Assembly (NCBI RefSeq): GCF_009914755.1
Contig: NC_060926.1
Reading direction: 5' to 3' (one strand)
DNA: 64,000 nt
Origin: the human T2T-CHM13v2.0 reference genome, Homo sapiens
Shown here: positions 27,379-43,370 of the stretch, piece after piece
Layout: every line of letters starts with the position of its first letter
Position numbering within the stretch: the first letter of the stretch is position 1
The notes under the pieces: generated by a model
What the model was told of the DNA's origin: nothing
The model's database searches: none
Seen by the model: only the letters and a program-made list of their open reading frames with translations
Made by a program: the position numbers and the translations under genes

Positions 27379-27997
27379 TGAGAGACCAGAATAGATGCAA
27401 CTTTCTTAACTAAGACGGGTTCTAAGGTTAAGGGAACTAAAGTTACCTATAGTCAAGGGTTCAGGACCCCTCTGGCATGACAAATTTCTAAATTCCTAAG
27501 GCTTAACTCCCTAACAATAGGAGCTATCCGCTGTGATGCACAACCCAGACCATTATATCTCTGACTGGACAGAGGATCAGCCTTAAAACATTCTTTCATG
27601 ATAAACAACAGTCGACCTTAAGCCAGTTTCATTCAACTAACAGAGGCTGTATATACGTTGTCTTTGTGTTCTACAGTTCACTTTTGACATAAAAAGCCAA
27701 ACTCTAGCTCATTTTAATGCTAAAACCCCACCTCAAAATGAACATGGAATGTATGTTATATACATTTTTACCCATTATGCATGTGCCTGGCTCCCCTGGT
27801 AAATTTGCATAGCTTTTTTCCCAAATCTGCTGAATATGTATTAAACCAGCCCTGTGAGGCATAAACACCAACTGTTCTCTGAAGAAAGCACACCTTCTTT
27901 CTGCACTGAAGACTTTCTCTTCCAAGTTTTCAAATTGATTTGCCAATAAAGCTCTCTTTTCTACTATTTAGCCACACTGGTGGTCTTTTGGATGACA
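27379..27997 (+). mobile_element. MER67-like ERV1 solo LTR
   Basis: Starts tgagagaccagaatagatgc...aactaagacgg...taaggttaagg; AATAAA near 27945; ends ...gatgaca. Confidence 0.7.
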
Positions 27998-28564
27998 ACA
28001 TTTATTTAAATACACATTATATATTTCCTCTCATTATTTCCTGCTTTACAGCACAATGATAGATTAAAGAATAAAAACCTTTCTGGAGTGTTTTTAAAAT
28101 AATATTTTATTTATATATGTTACATCGTAATCCCAAACTGTAACAATATGAAAGATGAGAGAAGTTTATAACTTATTTATACAACCTATATAACTTTTAT
28201 TAACTTGTATGCTTTGTATTCCTTATATCTTTAAGACAGAGTTTGTAATTAGTTTAATTTGTATTTTACTATTTCTTATTCTCTGTTTACATGTTTCTAA
28301 AACTATTTTTTATTTGCTCAAATCCTAGGAAACAAGGCAAAATTCTGAATGAAATGGGAAGCTTCTATGACTATTTTGTGTTATTTATAAGTTTCTTGAA
28401 ATGTACAATAGAAATACTTATTAAAAGACAACTTAAAATGAAATGGGTAAACACTATACAAGTTAACCAAGTCATAATTGCTGTCAGCTTTGTCAAATAG
28501 CATGGAGAGAATATAGCGAGGTATTCTAAGACATTTAGAGGACTATATTTATTTTTAATGTACA

Positions 28565-28941
28565 TGATGTGGTTTGGCTCTGTCCCCACCCAAAATCTCA
28601 TCTTGAATTATCATCTGAATAGTAATCCCCCTGTATTGGGGAAGGGACTTCATGGGAGGTGATTTGATCGTGGGGGCAATTCCCTCATGCTGTTCTTATG
28701 ATAGTGAGGGAGGTCTCAGGAGATCTGATGGTTTTATAGGGGGCTTTCCACCCTTCGCTCTGCTCTTCTCTCTCCTACCACCATGTGAAAAAGGACGTGT
28801 TTGCTTCCCCTTCCGCCATAATCGTAAGCTTCCTGAGGCCTTCGCAGCCACGTGGAACTGTGACTCAGTTAAACCTCTTTCCTTTAGAAATTATCTAGTC
28901 TCAGGCACTTCTTTATAGCAGTGTGGGAAAGGACTAATACA
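28565..28941 (+). mobile_element. THE1 (C/D-like) solo LTR
   Basis: tgatgtggtttggctctgtcccc...ggactaataca; perfect TSD GTACA at 28560-28564 and 28942-28946. Confidence 0.93.
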
Positions 28942-28969
28942 GTACATTAGCTACTATATATGTTGAAAC

Positions 28970-29205
28970 ACAGTTTGTTAAAGAAAGAACAGGGACTTTG
29001 GATATAGGAGAGAAAACTGAAATTAAAAATTGAGATTTTCTACCTTTAGAATGGAGTCAATTTTATAATTATTTTTGAGCTTCAGTTTGTTTCTGTACAG
29101 TGTGCTATAGTATCTACCTCATCACATTCTTATAAAGATGAAATAAATAAATGAAAGGCAATCAGAAGAGGTCCAGGCACACACTTAAATACTCAATAAA
29201 GTTAC
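28970..29205 (+). mobile_element. MIR SINE
   Basis: tgagcttcagttt, tctacctcat, ggcacaca...tactcaataaa. Confidence 0.55.

Positions 29206-29210
<5 letters not shown>

Positions 29211-29244
<34 letters not shown>
29211..29244. repeat. (TG)n microsatellite
   Basis: Direct reading. Confidence 0.95.
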
Positions 29245-29247
<3 letters not shown>

Positions 29248-29604
29248 TTATTTATTTATTACGGTTATCATCCATAAAATTTTTAAAATACCTACCAGGT
29301 AACTATTATGAAAATAAAAGAAAATGCCTATAAAAACATCCCTGAGTACATCATAAAATCCTACACAATAAAGCTATTTTTATGTACTGTAAAAGTCAGA
29401 AGTATTACACTGAAGAGCATCATAAGCTAAAAAATCTGTTTCTTTTCATTCTAAGATATCTTCTTGCTTTGTTCTTTAACAACATTGTTTCTTGTATTAT
29501 TACTGCTAAAGACTTTCATTGTAGGACATTCCAAAATATTCATTCGACAAGCAAAAATTTGTTTACATATCCACTCATTGTATGGTTTTACTTGTTTTAT
29601 AACC

Positions 29605-29750
29605 ACCCATTTATTTATTCATATATTAATTCTTTCAACATATATTTATTGATCTAGCAATTTATTCTATACACTGTGAGGAGCTAGAAATACCAGAAGA
29701 AACAAAAAGTAAATGTCCCTGCCTTTGTGCATTTTATATTTTATAAAATG
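29605..29750 (-). mobile_element. L2 3' end
   Basis: ttcaacatatatttattga...gtccctgcc. Confidence 0.55.
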
Positions 29751-31149
29751 TACTATCTTTATCTCTATCCAGTAATTAAATAAGTTTAATGACAAATCAC
29801 CAGGAACGTTACTTTGAATAAGAGAGTAAGAAAAGGCCTTTCTGGAGTAAGTGAAATTCTAAATAAATTGAACAAGATGATTGAGACATACTCCTCGTCT
29901 ATGGTCTGGTGGGCAAGAAACGTGTCTTATAATAATAATTTAATAATGATGAATTATTCTCACTGGTATAATTACTGTGACAGTGTGTTAAATTGAAAGT
30001 TTTGAATGCAGTGCCAGAATATGATAAATATCAGATACCAAATCAGTTGTGAGACGGATCAAAGTGCAGTTTTCAAGGGAAATATATATTAATGAGTTTC
30101 ATAAGCCCTTAAACCTCTCATACATTTCAAGAGTGGGAAAAAGTTGTTTTAATTTTAAGAGGATGATTTTAGGAAGAGGAATTTCATAGATATTATGGGA
30201 ATTCTACCTAAAAACTTTGGAGAAAGGACCAAAAACTGGGCTTTGGAGGTTAAGTGATTATTTTTGGGTAGGCAGGGGCAGGAGGTGGGAGTGGAGAGAA
30301 AGGGCATTTCAAGAAATAATAAGTTATGTGAACTCAGACATAAATAAGAATTGGTACTTTTGCAGCAATGTAATCAGGTATAATGTCCAGGGTATCAGAG
30401 GCTGAGATCTGAAATGATGGCTGGAGTCAGGTTCTAGAGAGTATAGTGATCTCTAGGCAATTTTATCTATAGGTATGGGAAACCATTAACAGTCATGGAA
30501 GTAACAGGAATTTCAGGATATTTGTAGCATATCCCTAGAGTATGGTATTTAATGTCTAAAGCAATGTCCACAAGAGTTTCAATAGTCTCTGTAAATTAAA
30601 CATACTGGAAACTTCTGGCCTAACTTTTTGTTTTTCATTCATATTTATCTCAGGCTACCTTTAGGGATTTGGATCAGGCACTGTAGGGTTCTTCAAGGAA
30701 CTTGAAGAATAAATCCTGTAGTCTACTAATGCAATGGACTCCAATGAAGACGATTAAACGGCCCTCCTTCTCCACAAAACAATGATCACAGAAAAAAATA
30801 CAAATAAAATAATTGGATAGTTGAGATCTCATCGCTGACTGCATATGACACCAGGAACCATATTTTATAAAATTTGTGTTCAGAATACATCATTCCCCTT
30901 TTTCAATGAGAGCTTTTTTGTCCTTTAGTAAAAATTATGTGGAAAGGAAAACTATCAATTAAATGCACCTATAATTGCTCAAACTTAAAATAATTACTTA
31001 TATCTTCGTGTATTTATTTTGTATTTATTACATGCATTCAGATATTTTGTAGATGAAATCATAATTTATTCATTCATAAATCTTGCCCCATATTGAACAT
31101 TTAGGCTAGATCACAATTCTTTATTATAGAAATGCTACAATGTATATGT

Positions 31150-31290
31150 ACTCATTATTCATTCTTTTAACAAATATTCATTGAATACCCACACACATAA
31201 TACTGTTATAGATGGTGATAACACAAGTATCCCAACTTCATAAAGCTTAAATTCTAAAGGTCAAAGAACATCAATAAATAAAGAAATAAG
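31150..31290 (-). mobile_element. L2 3' end
   Basis: attcattcttttaacaaatattcattgaatacc...aagcttaaattcta. Confidence 0.55.
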
Positions 31291-31299
31291 CATTAATCT

Positions 31300-32541
31300 C
31301 CCTTCTGCCCTTTACACAAGGCAACTACTCTACTGACTTTTACCATCAGAGACTAGTACTGTCTGTCGTAGAACTTTATACAGATGGAATCATACAACAC
31401 GCACATTGCCTTTGGCTTGTTTCATTCAGCCTAATATTACCTATATTTATATATATTATTGTGTATTAGCAGTCTTTTTCTATTTATTTTTGAGTGGTAT
31501 TCTATTTTGTAAATACATCACATGTTTATCTCTTCACTTTTAAAGGCTATTTGACTTTTACCAATTTGGGTATTACAAATAAAACTATAAATATTCTTGT
31601 ATAAAGTGTATATGTGTGTGTGGGGGGGTGCATGCAAATATTTAATTTCTTTTGGGTAAATAACCAGGGAGGAAAGTTTTGTGTCAGAGAGTAGGTGTTG
31701 GCTGAACTTTATGGGAACTACCAAACAGTTTTGCAAAGTGTTACATAATTTCACATTCCCATTAGCAAAGTATGAGATTTCTGTTGCTTAATATTTAATG
31801 TTGTTAGCCTTTTTAAATTTTAGCCATTATAGTAATTATGGAGTTGTTTCTCACTATTTTAATTTGTATATCCCTGATGAAGAAAAGTTATTGGGAAATT
31901 GAGCAATTTTATGTGTTTATTGGCCATTTCTACATCTTTATTTAAGAGTTATTGTTTCATGACTTCTTCCCGCTTTTTATAGAGTTGTTTTTCTTTTTAC
32001 TATTGAGTTCTGTTATTTTTATATTCTAAATAGTAGTAATTTTTCAGATATGTCCATAGAAGATATTTCCTTTCATTCTGTGACTTCCCTATTTATTTTC
32101 TTATTACTATCTTCAGACTAGCAGAAAATTTAAATTGTATGAAGTCCAGATTGCCACTTTTCTCTTTCCATGGTTAATATTTTCTTTGTCCTTCTAAGAA
32201 ATCTTTGCCTAGCCCAAGGTCTCGAGGACGTACCTCTATATTTCTTCTAGAAGTCTTATAATTTTTATTTTTAAATATGTAGAAATACAAATCCTTCTCA
32301 AAATTATTTTCTGGATTATTTTTGATTAAAGTCACTTATTATTTTGTCCCATACAGATACCCAGTTTTTCAGCTCCATTAACTGAAAGACTCTTTTCCTG
32401 AATGTTGTCCTTGCATCATTGCACAAAATCAGCTTACCATAAAGGTATGGGTGTATTTCTGTGTTTTAGTCTGTTTATTTCACTTAATGTTACATCTATC
32501 CATACTACACTGCCTTAATTACTGTAGCTTTATGGTAATTC
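31300..32541 (-). mobile_element. L1ME-like LINE, 3' part
   Basis: aggcaactactctactgactt, atggaatcataca, ccaaacagttttgcaaagtg, ctgtagctttat. Confidence 0.8.
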
Positions 32542-32616
32542 TTTTTTTTTTCAGATAAATTTGGTTTACTAGATTTCCTTGTTTCCTTTAAGATTTCAAA
32601 CTTTTTCCTTCCGTAT

Positions 32617-35293
<2,677 letters not shown>

Positions 35294-36565
35294 GTGATAA
35301 TTACAAAAAACACAGATTTCAAAAATTATGATACAGTCAAACATTGATGAAAAACAAAAATATCCTTTCAAAATGAGGGAAATGCTCATAACCTTATGTA
35401 AAATTATATACATCCATCTATATATTAATTCCTACTAAATAATTCTATATTCCCTGCAAAAAACACTTTGAAAGTATTAAAATATTATCAGATTTTCCTT
35501 TATAGTGGCTATTTTTTACTTGCTTGCTTTGTAATACTTTTCTGATTTTCTAATTAATACGTAAGATATTAATTATATATAATTATATTTGTGCATTTTC
35601 AGAAAACATAAATATAAATTTTATGAATAAAAAAATGCTCAAACTGTCTTCTTCTCACTATATTTTTTTTCTTCCCTTTCTGGATGGCAGAGGATTTACT
35701 GAAATCCTGAAACTTAGGAGTCAGCAAGTTTTTCATTTGTGTTTGTCAAATGTCAAGAAAAGCTGAGGAGTTACAAGAAACTCAGTGATCCCTGACAGCT
35801 CTCTGCAATTGCAGCAAAATCTGAGCAAGACTGACAGAAACCACTCGGGGACAAACATCTGACTTCCACAGCAGTTAAAATCATTGAATACAGAACCAAA
35901 ATGTCTTCATGTGAAAAACTCCATCAAGACCCAAGAAAACTTCTGACTCATTAGTAGTTTAGGGTACATCATGTGGATGCTTTTGAAACCCCATTCTTTG
36001 AAGTCTTCCCCACTTAACATATATCTAAAAACCATACATACATTCATTAGATATAATCTTAGTTACCAGTTTTAAAGGAAATAAAAGCATATAGAACACA
36101 ATAGTTACATCTCCAAAATAAAGAAGCTTGTAAGATGTGTAAAAGTTAAGAATTCATTTTCACTAACAATTATTCTCAAACTTAAATGAGGATACTGAGG
36201 ACATGAAAATTACAGAGCTAGTATCATGATGCTATAAAATACTGATATATTTAATATCCCAACAGGGACTGATTAGACTTATATATTTAAAACATATTTA
36301 AGTTGCTTAGAAATTTTAAGTCAATAAAATTCACATACAATAATATACATTATAAAATATGAATTTAAAGCTTTGGAATTTACTGATCAGACATTTCCAA
36401 TAGCTCTTTGAAATGTTCCCATACATATATTTTGTTGTTTGCTTGATGGCAAAGTTTAAAAATGTTGAGTAAAAATATTAGAACTTGTGAAACCCTGTTT
36501 GTATACACCCAAACACACTTACATATCTATCTATATCTATCTATAGAAATATATGTATGCATTTG

Positions 36566-36568
<3 letters not shown>

Positions 36569-36600
<32 letters not shown>
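36569..36600. repeat. (CA)n microsatellite
   Basis: Direct reading. Confidence 0.95.
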
Positions 36601-36604
<4 letters not shown>

Positions 36605-36818
36605 GGCAAAATACATTGCTAGAACAAAGGAAGTGGAGTCACATAGATTCTTAGTATCCATTCAGATTCAAAAATTCTAACAAACTAAATATGGGATTAA
36701 GGAATGGTAAAATTTTAAATCTCATATTAGCACTACGTACTGTTTTAACAAGCAATCAACTAAACAAAGGCATTTTCTTCTCTTTAAGAGCAATTCAGTG
36801 GGCAGGTCACGATCTCTC

Positions 36819-36822
<4 letters not shown>

Positions 36823-36865
<43 letters not shown>

Positions 36866-36880
36866 ATTTGTGTGTATGTG
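36823..36880. repeat. (TG)n microsatellite
   Basis: Direct reading. Confidence 0.95.
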
Positions 36881-36890
36881 TTTCTCTGTC

Positions 36891-37247
36891 TGTCTTAGTT
36901 CATTTGAGCTGCTATAACACAATGCCATAGACTGGGTGGGTTATTAACAATAGAAATCTATTTCTCAGTTCTGGAGGCTGGGAAGTCCATGATCAAGGCC
37001 TCAGATTATGTGTCTGGTGAGGTCTTGTTTCCTGATCCTAGGTGATGATTACTTGCTGGGCTTTCACATGGTGGATGTACAAAAAGGCTCCCTTGGGCCT
37101 CTCTTAGAAAGGCATTAATCTCATTCATCAGGCTCTAGCTTCTGGACCTAATCACCTTGGAGAGGCCCCATGTCCTAACACCATCACCTTGGATTAGGAT
37201 TGCAACGTATGAATTTCAGTGGGACACAAACATTTAAGACCATACCA
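36891..37247 (-). mobile_element. MLT1A-type MaLR solo LTR
   Basis: tgtcttagtt...gctgctataaca...ttctggaggctgggaagtcca...gggacacaaacatttaagaccatacca. Confidence 0.85.
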
Positions 37248-38349
37248 GCCTCCTTCTTCCCTTTTCTACCCCCAACACCATGCCCATCCTTCCAAATTTG
37301 TTAGTAGTTTTCACTCACAGTTTATTTTATTTTTTTCTTCATCCATTTTCCTTAGACTGAATACATCTTTATGGGTCTCTCCTTTATGCTAATAAATGTT
37401 GGAAATATTGAATGGAGGTATTGTACATCTCATCCGTCTTTTCTGATGAGAGAGAAGGAATCACCAAGCAGAGCAGACATGTTGGGGCTTAATAACTTTC
37501 ATAGTCCTTATGGTGTAAAGCCTCCGTTTGAAAATCGACATTCTATTAGGCTGAATCATGCTTGCCATTTGTCACAGTTCAGTGCACTAAACTTAGGACT
37601 GAAAATATGCATTTTGGATACTTGGGGTAAGAGAAAGTTTTTCTCACAGAAATCTGTTTATTTGGAGCTGAATGCAAGGAACTGATAATTTTCTTCTCAG
37701 AGGTTCTCATTACATAGTGTCATAAGAGACTGTCAGAAAAATGCCGATAAGAAAACATACTATCTGACTTCTCAGGAAATACATTAAAATAAATTCCCAG
37801 CAACAAAAACTTGCATTAATCCATTTGATAAGGAGTGGTAGAATTATCGTTCATTTCTACTAAGTGGCCTTTTCCTTGTGTTTGATCTGAAATATAGGAC
37901 CTTAAATGCTATTGGGGGAGAAAGGTAAGTTTGTGATTTTCTACTTTTACTTTTAAACCAATTTATTTTATTTAATGATCCCTTGATATATTCAACTATA
38001 GCAATTTTAATACCTTACCTAAAATTCTGATTAAGTGGAGTAAATTCATAACTTTAAAACTGCCTCATTTTGATTATAACCAGGAAATATTTTTTTCATT
38101 TTTATTCTTCTTTATGTTGTAAAGGATGTATCAAAAATGATAATTCATAAATATTTTTAAAGTTTTTAAACAATTTTTGAGTTATTATATCTGTAGAAAA
38201 GCAGTACAAATTCCTGACATGCATATGCCACATAGACATGCTTAGAAATTACTATTACCTCCATTTCACACATGTTGTTTTTAAGCATACTTAAAGTAAG
38301 TAGAAACTTACTGGATTTTAATAGATGACTGATATTAGATATTGTCTGT

Positions 38350-38530
38350 GATTTCCCATACACTTTGCTAGATTATTATATGTCATATTTAATCACTAAA
38401 GCAGCCTCCACGAGGGTTGTTTCATATCATTATAAAGTGAGTAATTGGAAAGCTAAAAAGGCCACAGAGTTAGCAAATGGTAGACATGGCATTTTAAACT
38501 ACATGTGTCTGACTTCAAGATACAGGATTA
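38350..38530 (-). mobile_element. MIR SINE
   Basis: aaggccacagagttagcaaatggtaga...gtctgacttcaa. Confidence 0.55.
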
Positions 38531-38576
38531 GATTTTTCAGATTTTATGTCCTATATGCAGAATCTATTCATTTCTT

Positions 38577-38887
38577 TTTCTTTCCTTTTCTTTTTTTTTT
38601 TTTTTTAGACATGGGGTCTTGCTTATTGCTCAGCCTGGAGTGCAGTGGCACAATCATCACTCACTGCAGGATCAACCCCTGGGCTCAAGCGATCCTCCCA
38701 CCTCAGTCTCTCAAGTAGCTTGGACCACATGCGCATACCATCATGCTCAGTTAATATTTTATAATTTTTGTAGAGATGGGGCCTCACATGTTGCCCAGGC
38801 TGGTTTTGAACTCCTGGGCTCAAGTGACCCTTCTCCCTTGGCCTCCCAAAGTGCTGGGATTACAGACATGAGCCACCATGCCTTGCT
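38577..38887 (-). mobile_element. AluJ element
   Basis: cctgggctcaagcgatcctccc J-type diagnostics; ttcatttctt on both flanks as probable TSD. Confidence 0.93.
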
Positions 38888-39134
38888 CTTCATTTCTTAA
38901 ACAGAATATTTTGATTGAGTGAAGCCTTATGTACACTAATAAAGTATACTTTTAAGCTTCTACACTGTACTTGTTAGTTAGGCTTTGCTAACTTAAATAT
39001 GAACTATTTCATATGAATCTGAAACATAAAAACTGAAAAATGCCACACTTTGGCAAACTGTGAAGCCTTCATGAGAATAACTATGCCCTGTTGCATAGAG
39101 ACCAGCTTAGTCAATTCTATCAGACCCCTCTCTT

Positions 39135-39270
39135 TATAATTTTAAAATATTTCATTGAAAGATAAGAATTATATATATTTAAGAAGTATGATGTGATAAG
39201 TGGATATACATATATATTATATAATGATTAGCACAATCAAATTGATTGACACATCCGTCATCCCCTATGC
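39135..39270 (-). mobile_element. L1MA-type 3' end fragment
   Basis: aattatatatatttaag...atgattagcacaatcaaatt...acatcc. Confidence 0.6.
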
Positions 39271-39519
39271 TGTACTGCATGAGCTTATTTGAGGGTTATT
39301 GGCAGAGGAAGAAGCTGATTAATCATTTTTTAATCTTTTATTAAACATGGTCACAATACCTTGGTAAAACTTTCAGTAAAATAGAAGAAAGGAATTTATC
39401 ACCCTGCCTAACTTCTTGAGCACATTCATTTTAAGACTTTTGATTGACTTTTAAACTATTAGTTGGACCACCATACCAAAAGGGAGTGAACTAATCAAAT
39501 GAACAATGCTGGCTTCCAT

Positions 39520-40110
39520 TTATTGATTATCTTATTTATGATTTTTTTTCTGTGAGGCCCTTCCCTTCACCCTTGAGACCTTGAGTCCCAGAGATAAATA
39601 TGACATAATCCCTGCTAAGAAGAGTGTAGTGACAGAAAGACTTGTTCATGTCACTTGCCTTCACAGGATAAGTTTTCTGTAAAATGTCACTTCCCTTATC
39701 GAATACAGGGCACTATGCTTGTTCATTGAAAAAGGAACTAAGTTTTAATTGTGGTAGGTTTCTGAGAAGAGAAGATGTCTGTATCAAGAACAAGTACAAG
39801 AAAACTGGACAAAATATGCATGTGTGTAGGATCTGCAGCGGATGGGGACATGAACCAAGGGCATGAATTTAAGACAATAAGCAGCATTTGAAAAATAAGA
39901 AAGGTAAGAGGGACTATGGCTTACTCTGAACAAGGTGTTCACTGAGGCTGTGTAGGGAAGGTGATCTGAAAATGGAGAAAACAAAACTGGAGTGATAGAT
40001 AGGAAGCTGATTATGCAAGGGCTTATGGGGTTTTATATCAAGACTTGGGGTTTTATACTAAGGTTGTTGGAAAGCAATGAGTGCTTTGGGCAGAAATGAT
40101 ATGATGAGAT
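39520..40110 (-). mobile_element. L2 fragments
   Basis: gattatgcaagggctt, aagacttggggttttatactaagg, ggaaagcaatga. Confidence 0.5.
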
Positions 40111-40537
40111 GTTTTTGTTCCTACCTAGGCGCATTACTAAATGTCAACCATTTGGCATTCTGGTTTTTAAATGAGCAAAGATTGATAATGAATGCCATAA
40201 ATCAGTCATGAAGAGCCTGGATCATCTCTGGGCTTGCAGAGGGAATAATGTTATGTTTCTGATAACACTCCCTGATGCCATACCTGTCTCTGACAGCTCT
40301 GTAGCTCTAAAGTTGCATATTTCAAAATCATTCAGTCACTGCAAAATTTTCTGCATGGAAATCACTAAGATCCAGCTGTTTACTACAATGATTTGTGAGA
40401 GGGTTTAACATGAAATTTAACTTAACTCTGCAATGTCTTGATCACCTTACTTATCTTTTTTCCGATAAAGCATTGGTGATCACAGCTGTGTGAATAAATT
40501 TTTAAAACAACATTTTTGTTAAAGAAATTTACTTGAG

Positions 40538-40686
40538 GGCTGAATGTGATGGCTTGCGGCTATGATTCTAGCATTTTTGGAGGCTGAGGCAGGAGCATGA
40601 CTTGAGCCCAGAAGTTCAAGACCAGCCTGGGAAACATAAGGAGACACTATCTCTACAAAAACAACAACAATAACAAAAGCAAAAAA
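40538..40686 (+). mobile_element. FLAM (free left Alu monomer)
   Basis: Single Alu arm with cttgagcccagaagttcaagaccagcctggg and A-rich tail; tttacttga on both flanks. Confidence 0.85.
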
Positions 40687-40884
40687 CTCCCCACAACTTT
40701 ACTTGAAGATCATTGTTGAGTTGGTCAACCCTATGGAGAGCTTACAATAGGACTGGTTAGAAGAGGTTCCTAGAAATTGTACTTATTTACAAAAATGCAT
40801 TAAGAAATAGATGAGGTGTGAAGGTTTTCCTCTTCATATATTAGTAAATTCTGCATTCTTCACATTTTACCATCAAGTGAAACG

Positions 40885-42049
40885 ACCTTGGATCCAGTAT
40901 CCTCAGGCACCAGCCCTCTTCCAGCTCTTTCCAATACAATTTTTCTAGGTCCCACAGCTCCTTACAATGTAATTTCTTTCTTTTTAAGCAGGCTTAGCAG
41001 AAGCCTGGTCAGATTATGTTGTAACTTAATCATTGTTATGGATCTAGTAGCCAGAAGAGGATCACAATGGGGTCAAGTGTTGAGTCACATTGTAGTGGCC
41101 TTTTCAACATCTTCATCAAATGGGTGAGTTGTAGCCCTCTAACAGGAAGGTGCAGGCCAGGTCAAGAGGATTTAGAGGGGTCTCAGTTTGCAATGATTTC
41201 AAGTTTATCAACCCAGTTTTTTGTTTTTTGCTTTTTGTTTTGAGACTGAGTCTCACTCTGTAGCCCAGGCTGGAGTGCAGTGGTGTGATCTCAGCTCACT
41301 GCAACTTCCGTCTCCCAGGTTCAAGAAATTCTCCTGCCTCAACCTTCTGAGTAGCTGGGATTACAGGTGCCCACCACCACGCCCAGCTAATTTTTGTATT
41401 TTTAGTAGAGACAGGGTTTCACTACGTTGGCCAGCCTTGTCTCGAACTCCTGACCTCAGGCAATCCGCCTGCCTCGGCCTCCCAAAGTGCTGGGATTACA
41501 GGCGTGAGCCACCGCTCCTGGCCTCAACCCAGTTTTGCTAATTTAAAGTCTCAATTCATCTCTTCCCAACTAGGGCCGTAAACTTGGCATTGCACAAGAC
41601 AGTATCCAACCTTCTCTGGAACTCTGCTACTCATATAATTAGCCTGTCCCTCATCATTAGCTTTCCTTGCTCTCTGACATCACATATAGCTCTGTCTATA
41701 TTCTGCTAAAGAGGTCCTTTGACTTTCCCACTTTGCCTTTAACTATTAAATATGCTTTCAGTTTTGTCTTGTCTTTTTTAAATGCATTAATAGGACTCAG
41801 TAATTGCCATCAAATTCCATTCTCCTTATGATTAGTACTTAGTCCTAATCTCTCAAATCCCTGAGATATTGTTCTAGCCAGTGTGTCCTCATTCATCACT
41901 GGTTTTAACTAACAATTGCGGTGCTACAATGTACCAGGGATTGTCAATGCTTCTCCTACCAGCAGTTAAGGGATCCTCAATGCCAGAGAGAGATCAGCTC
42001 TAAAATACTATTTTTGACACTGTTTCCTCAGATAAATTCTGGAACCAAC
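40885..42049 (-). mobile_element. ERVL internal remnant (HERV16/ERV3-16A3-like), interrupted by an Alu
   Basis: Minus strand begins gttggttccag (degenerate ERVL primer-binding region), then ggcattgaggatccc, atccctgg and ggccctagttgggaag. Confidence 0.65.
41221..41523 (-). mobile_element. AluS element
   Basis: Full Alu; perfect 13 bp TSD TCAACCCAGTTTT at 41208-41220 and 41524-41536. Confidence 0.97.
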
Positions 42050-42475
42050 TACCGTAGGTTCGGTTTCCTGGGAAACAGACTTATTTTGAAATTGCTATAA
42101 TGGAGGTTTATTATTAAGGAGCAAAGAAGTAGGACTAATCAGATATAAGTTGAACTGTGAGGCATTTGCAGTACAGACTGTAGCTGATCCCATAGGAACC
42201 CTGGAGCTGTGATTGACCTTGAAAACTGTCCCATTTTAAGCAAGTGGCTGTTACTTTGTACTACCCCCTGCCTTCCACCACCATGAACTAGTCAGTGTTT
42301 TTAGTATGCCCTCAGGAAAGGACCTTGATCTTGGGTGAGGTGGTATCTAGGGTAGAAGACAATTCCCAGAGAAGGCTTTAGCTGACAGCTGTTATGTAAC
42401 CAACATTCCCAGAAGCTGGGAGAATGAGTGTCTCCATTTTAAAATAGAGAATTACGTGGTTCATTCTAGCATTCT
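42050..42475 (-). mobile_element. LTR16-family (ERVL) 5' LTR
   Basis: gtaggttcggtttcctgggaaacagact...gtttatta, gctgatcccatagg...ctggagctg, cccagaagctggg. Confidence 0.65.
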
Positions 42476-43029
42476 CTCTCTGAAGCTTTCTCGCGACTTT
42501 GTCCACTTTGTTCAGTGCAATTTTTGCTTTGACAAGCTGTGAAACGTCCTAATTGTTCTCATAATTTCATATGGCTTATCTATATCTTCCTCTTCTTTTT
42601 ATTTTTGTAAAATTCAAAATAATTAAATTATCTTTGAGTCATTAATTTAATCTAATTTAGTTGTATTAATTTCCATTTTAAATGAATAGCAATATTAATG
42701 AGTCTATGGAATGGATTCTAACACTAATAGATTGTAACACAATTTTAACAAAAACTTCTTGGATTCTTTGTAAGTTTAATTAATGAATCATTCTATCCAT
42801 CAAGTCATAGCTGTGGACCTTTTATACTAACACAGAAAAATCAGCAGATTTATATTCTTTTATTTAGATATTTATATCCAGATTTTTATCCGAAAAATTT
42901 AGAAATGAATATAATTAAAACTTAATCCAAAAAGAACAGCATTAATATACAAAACTCTAGATTTTCAAGGTTGACTAGACTAGAGATGGAAACAATTCAA
43001 ATTATGGGATTTTAATTTTGAAAGAACAT

Positions 43030-43204
43030 GATCTGGGGAGGGAATGCATCAGGATAAATAGCTAATGCATGCGGGGCTTAATACCTTGGTAATGGGTTGC
43101 TAGGTACAACAAACCACCACAGCACATGTTTACTTATGTAGCAAACCTGCATGTCCTACACACGTATCCCAGAACATAAAATTAAATTAAAGTAAAAAGA
43201 AAAA
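43030..43204 (+). mobile_element. Short L1PA (PA8-13-like) 3' end
   Basis: caggataaatagctaatgcatgcggggcttaatacc...; TSD GAAAGAACAT at 43020-43029 and 43205-43214. Confidence 0.88.
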
Positions 43205-43231
43205 GAAAGAACATAAAAAATCTGGTTAATG

Positions 43232-43370
43232 GTTATCTTCACTTTGCACATAAAAAAGATGAAATTGAGATCATCTAATTATGACTGCCTCAGTATCTGC
43301 CAATTAATGAAACTGATGGGAACAAAACCGTGACTCTGAAGCCTATAATCATTGCACCAAACTATTTTAA
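43232..43370 (-). mobile_element. MIR fragment
   Basis: tatcttcacttt...gatgaaattgag...tgactctgaagcc. Confidence 0.5.

Noticed and set aside
35944-35950. AP-1 motif TGACTCA (others near 41081, 44539 and 46001)
   Set aside because: Single 7-mers at about the chance frequency, with no clustering.
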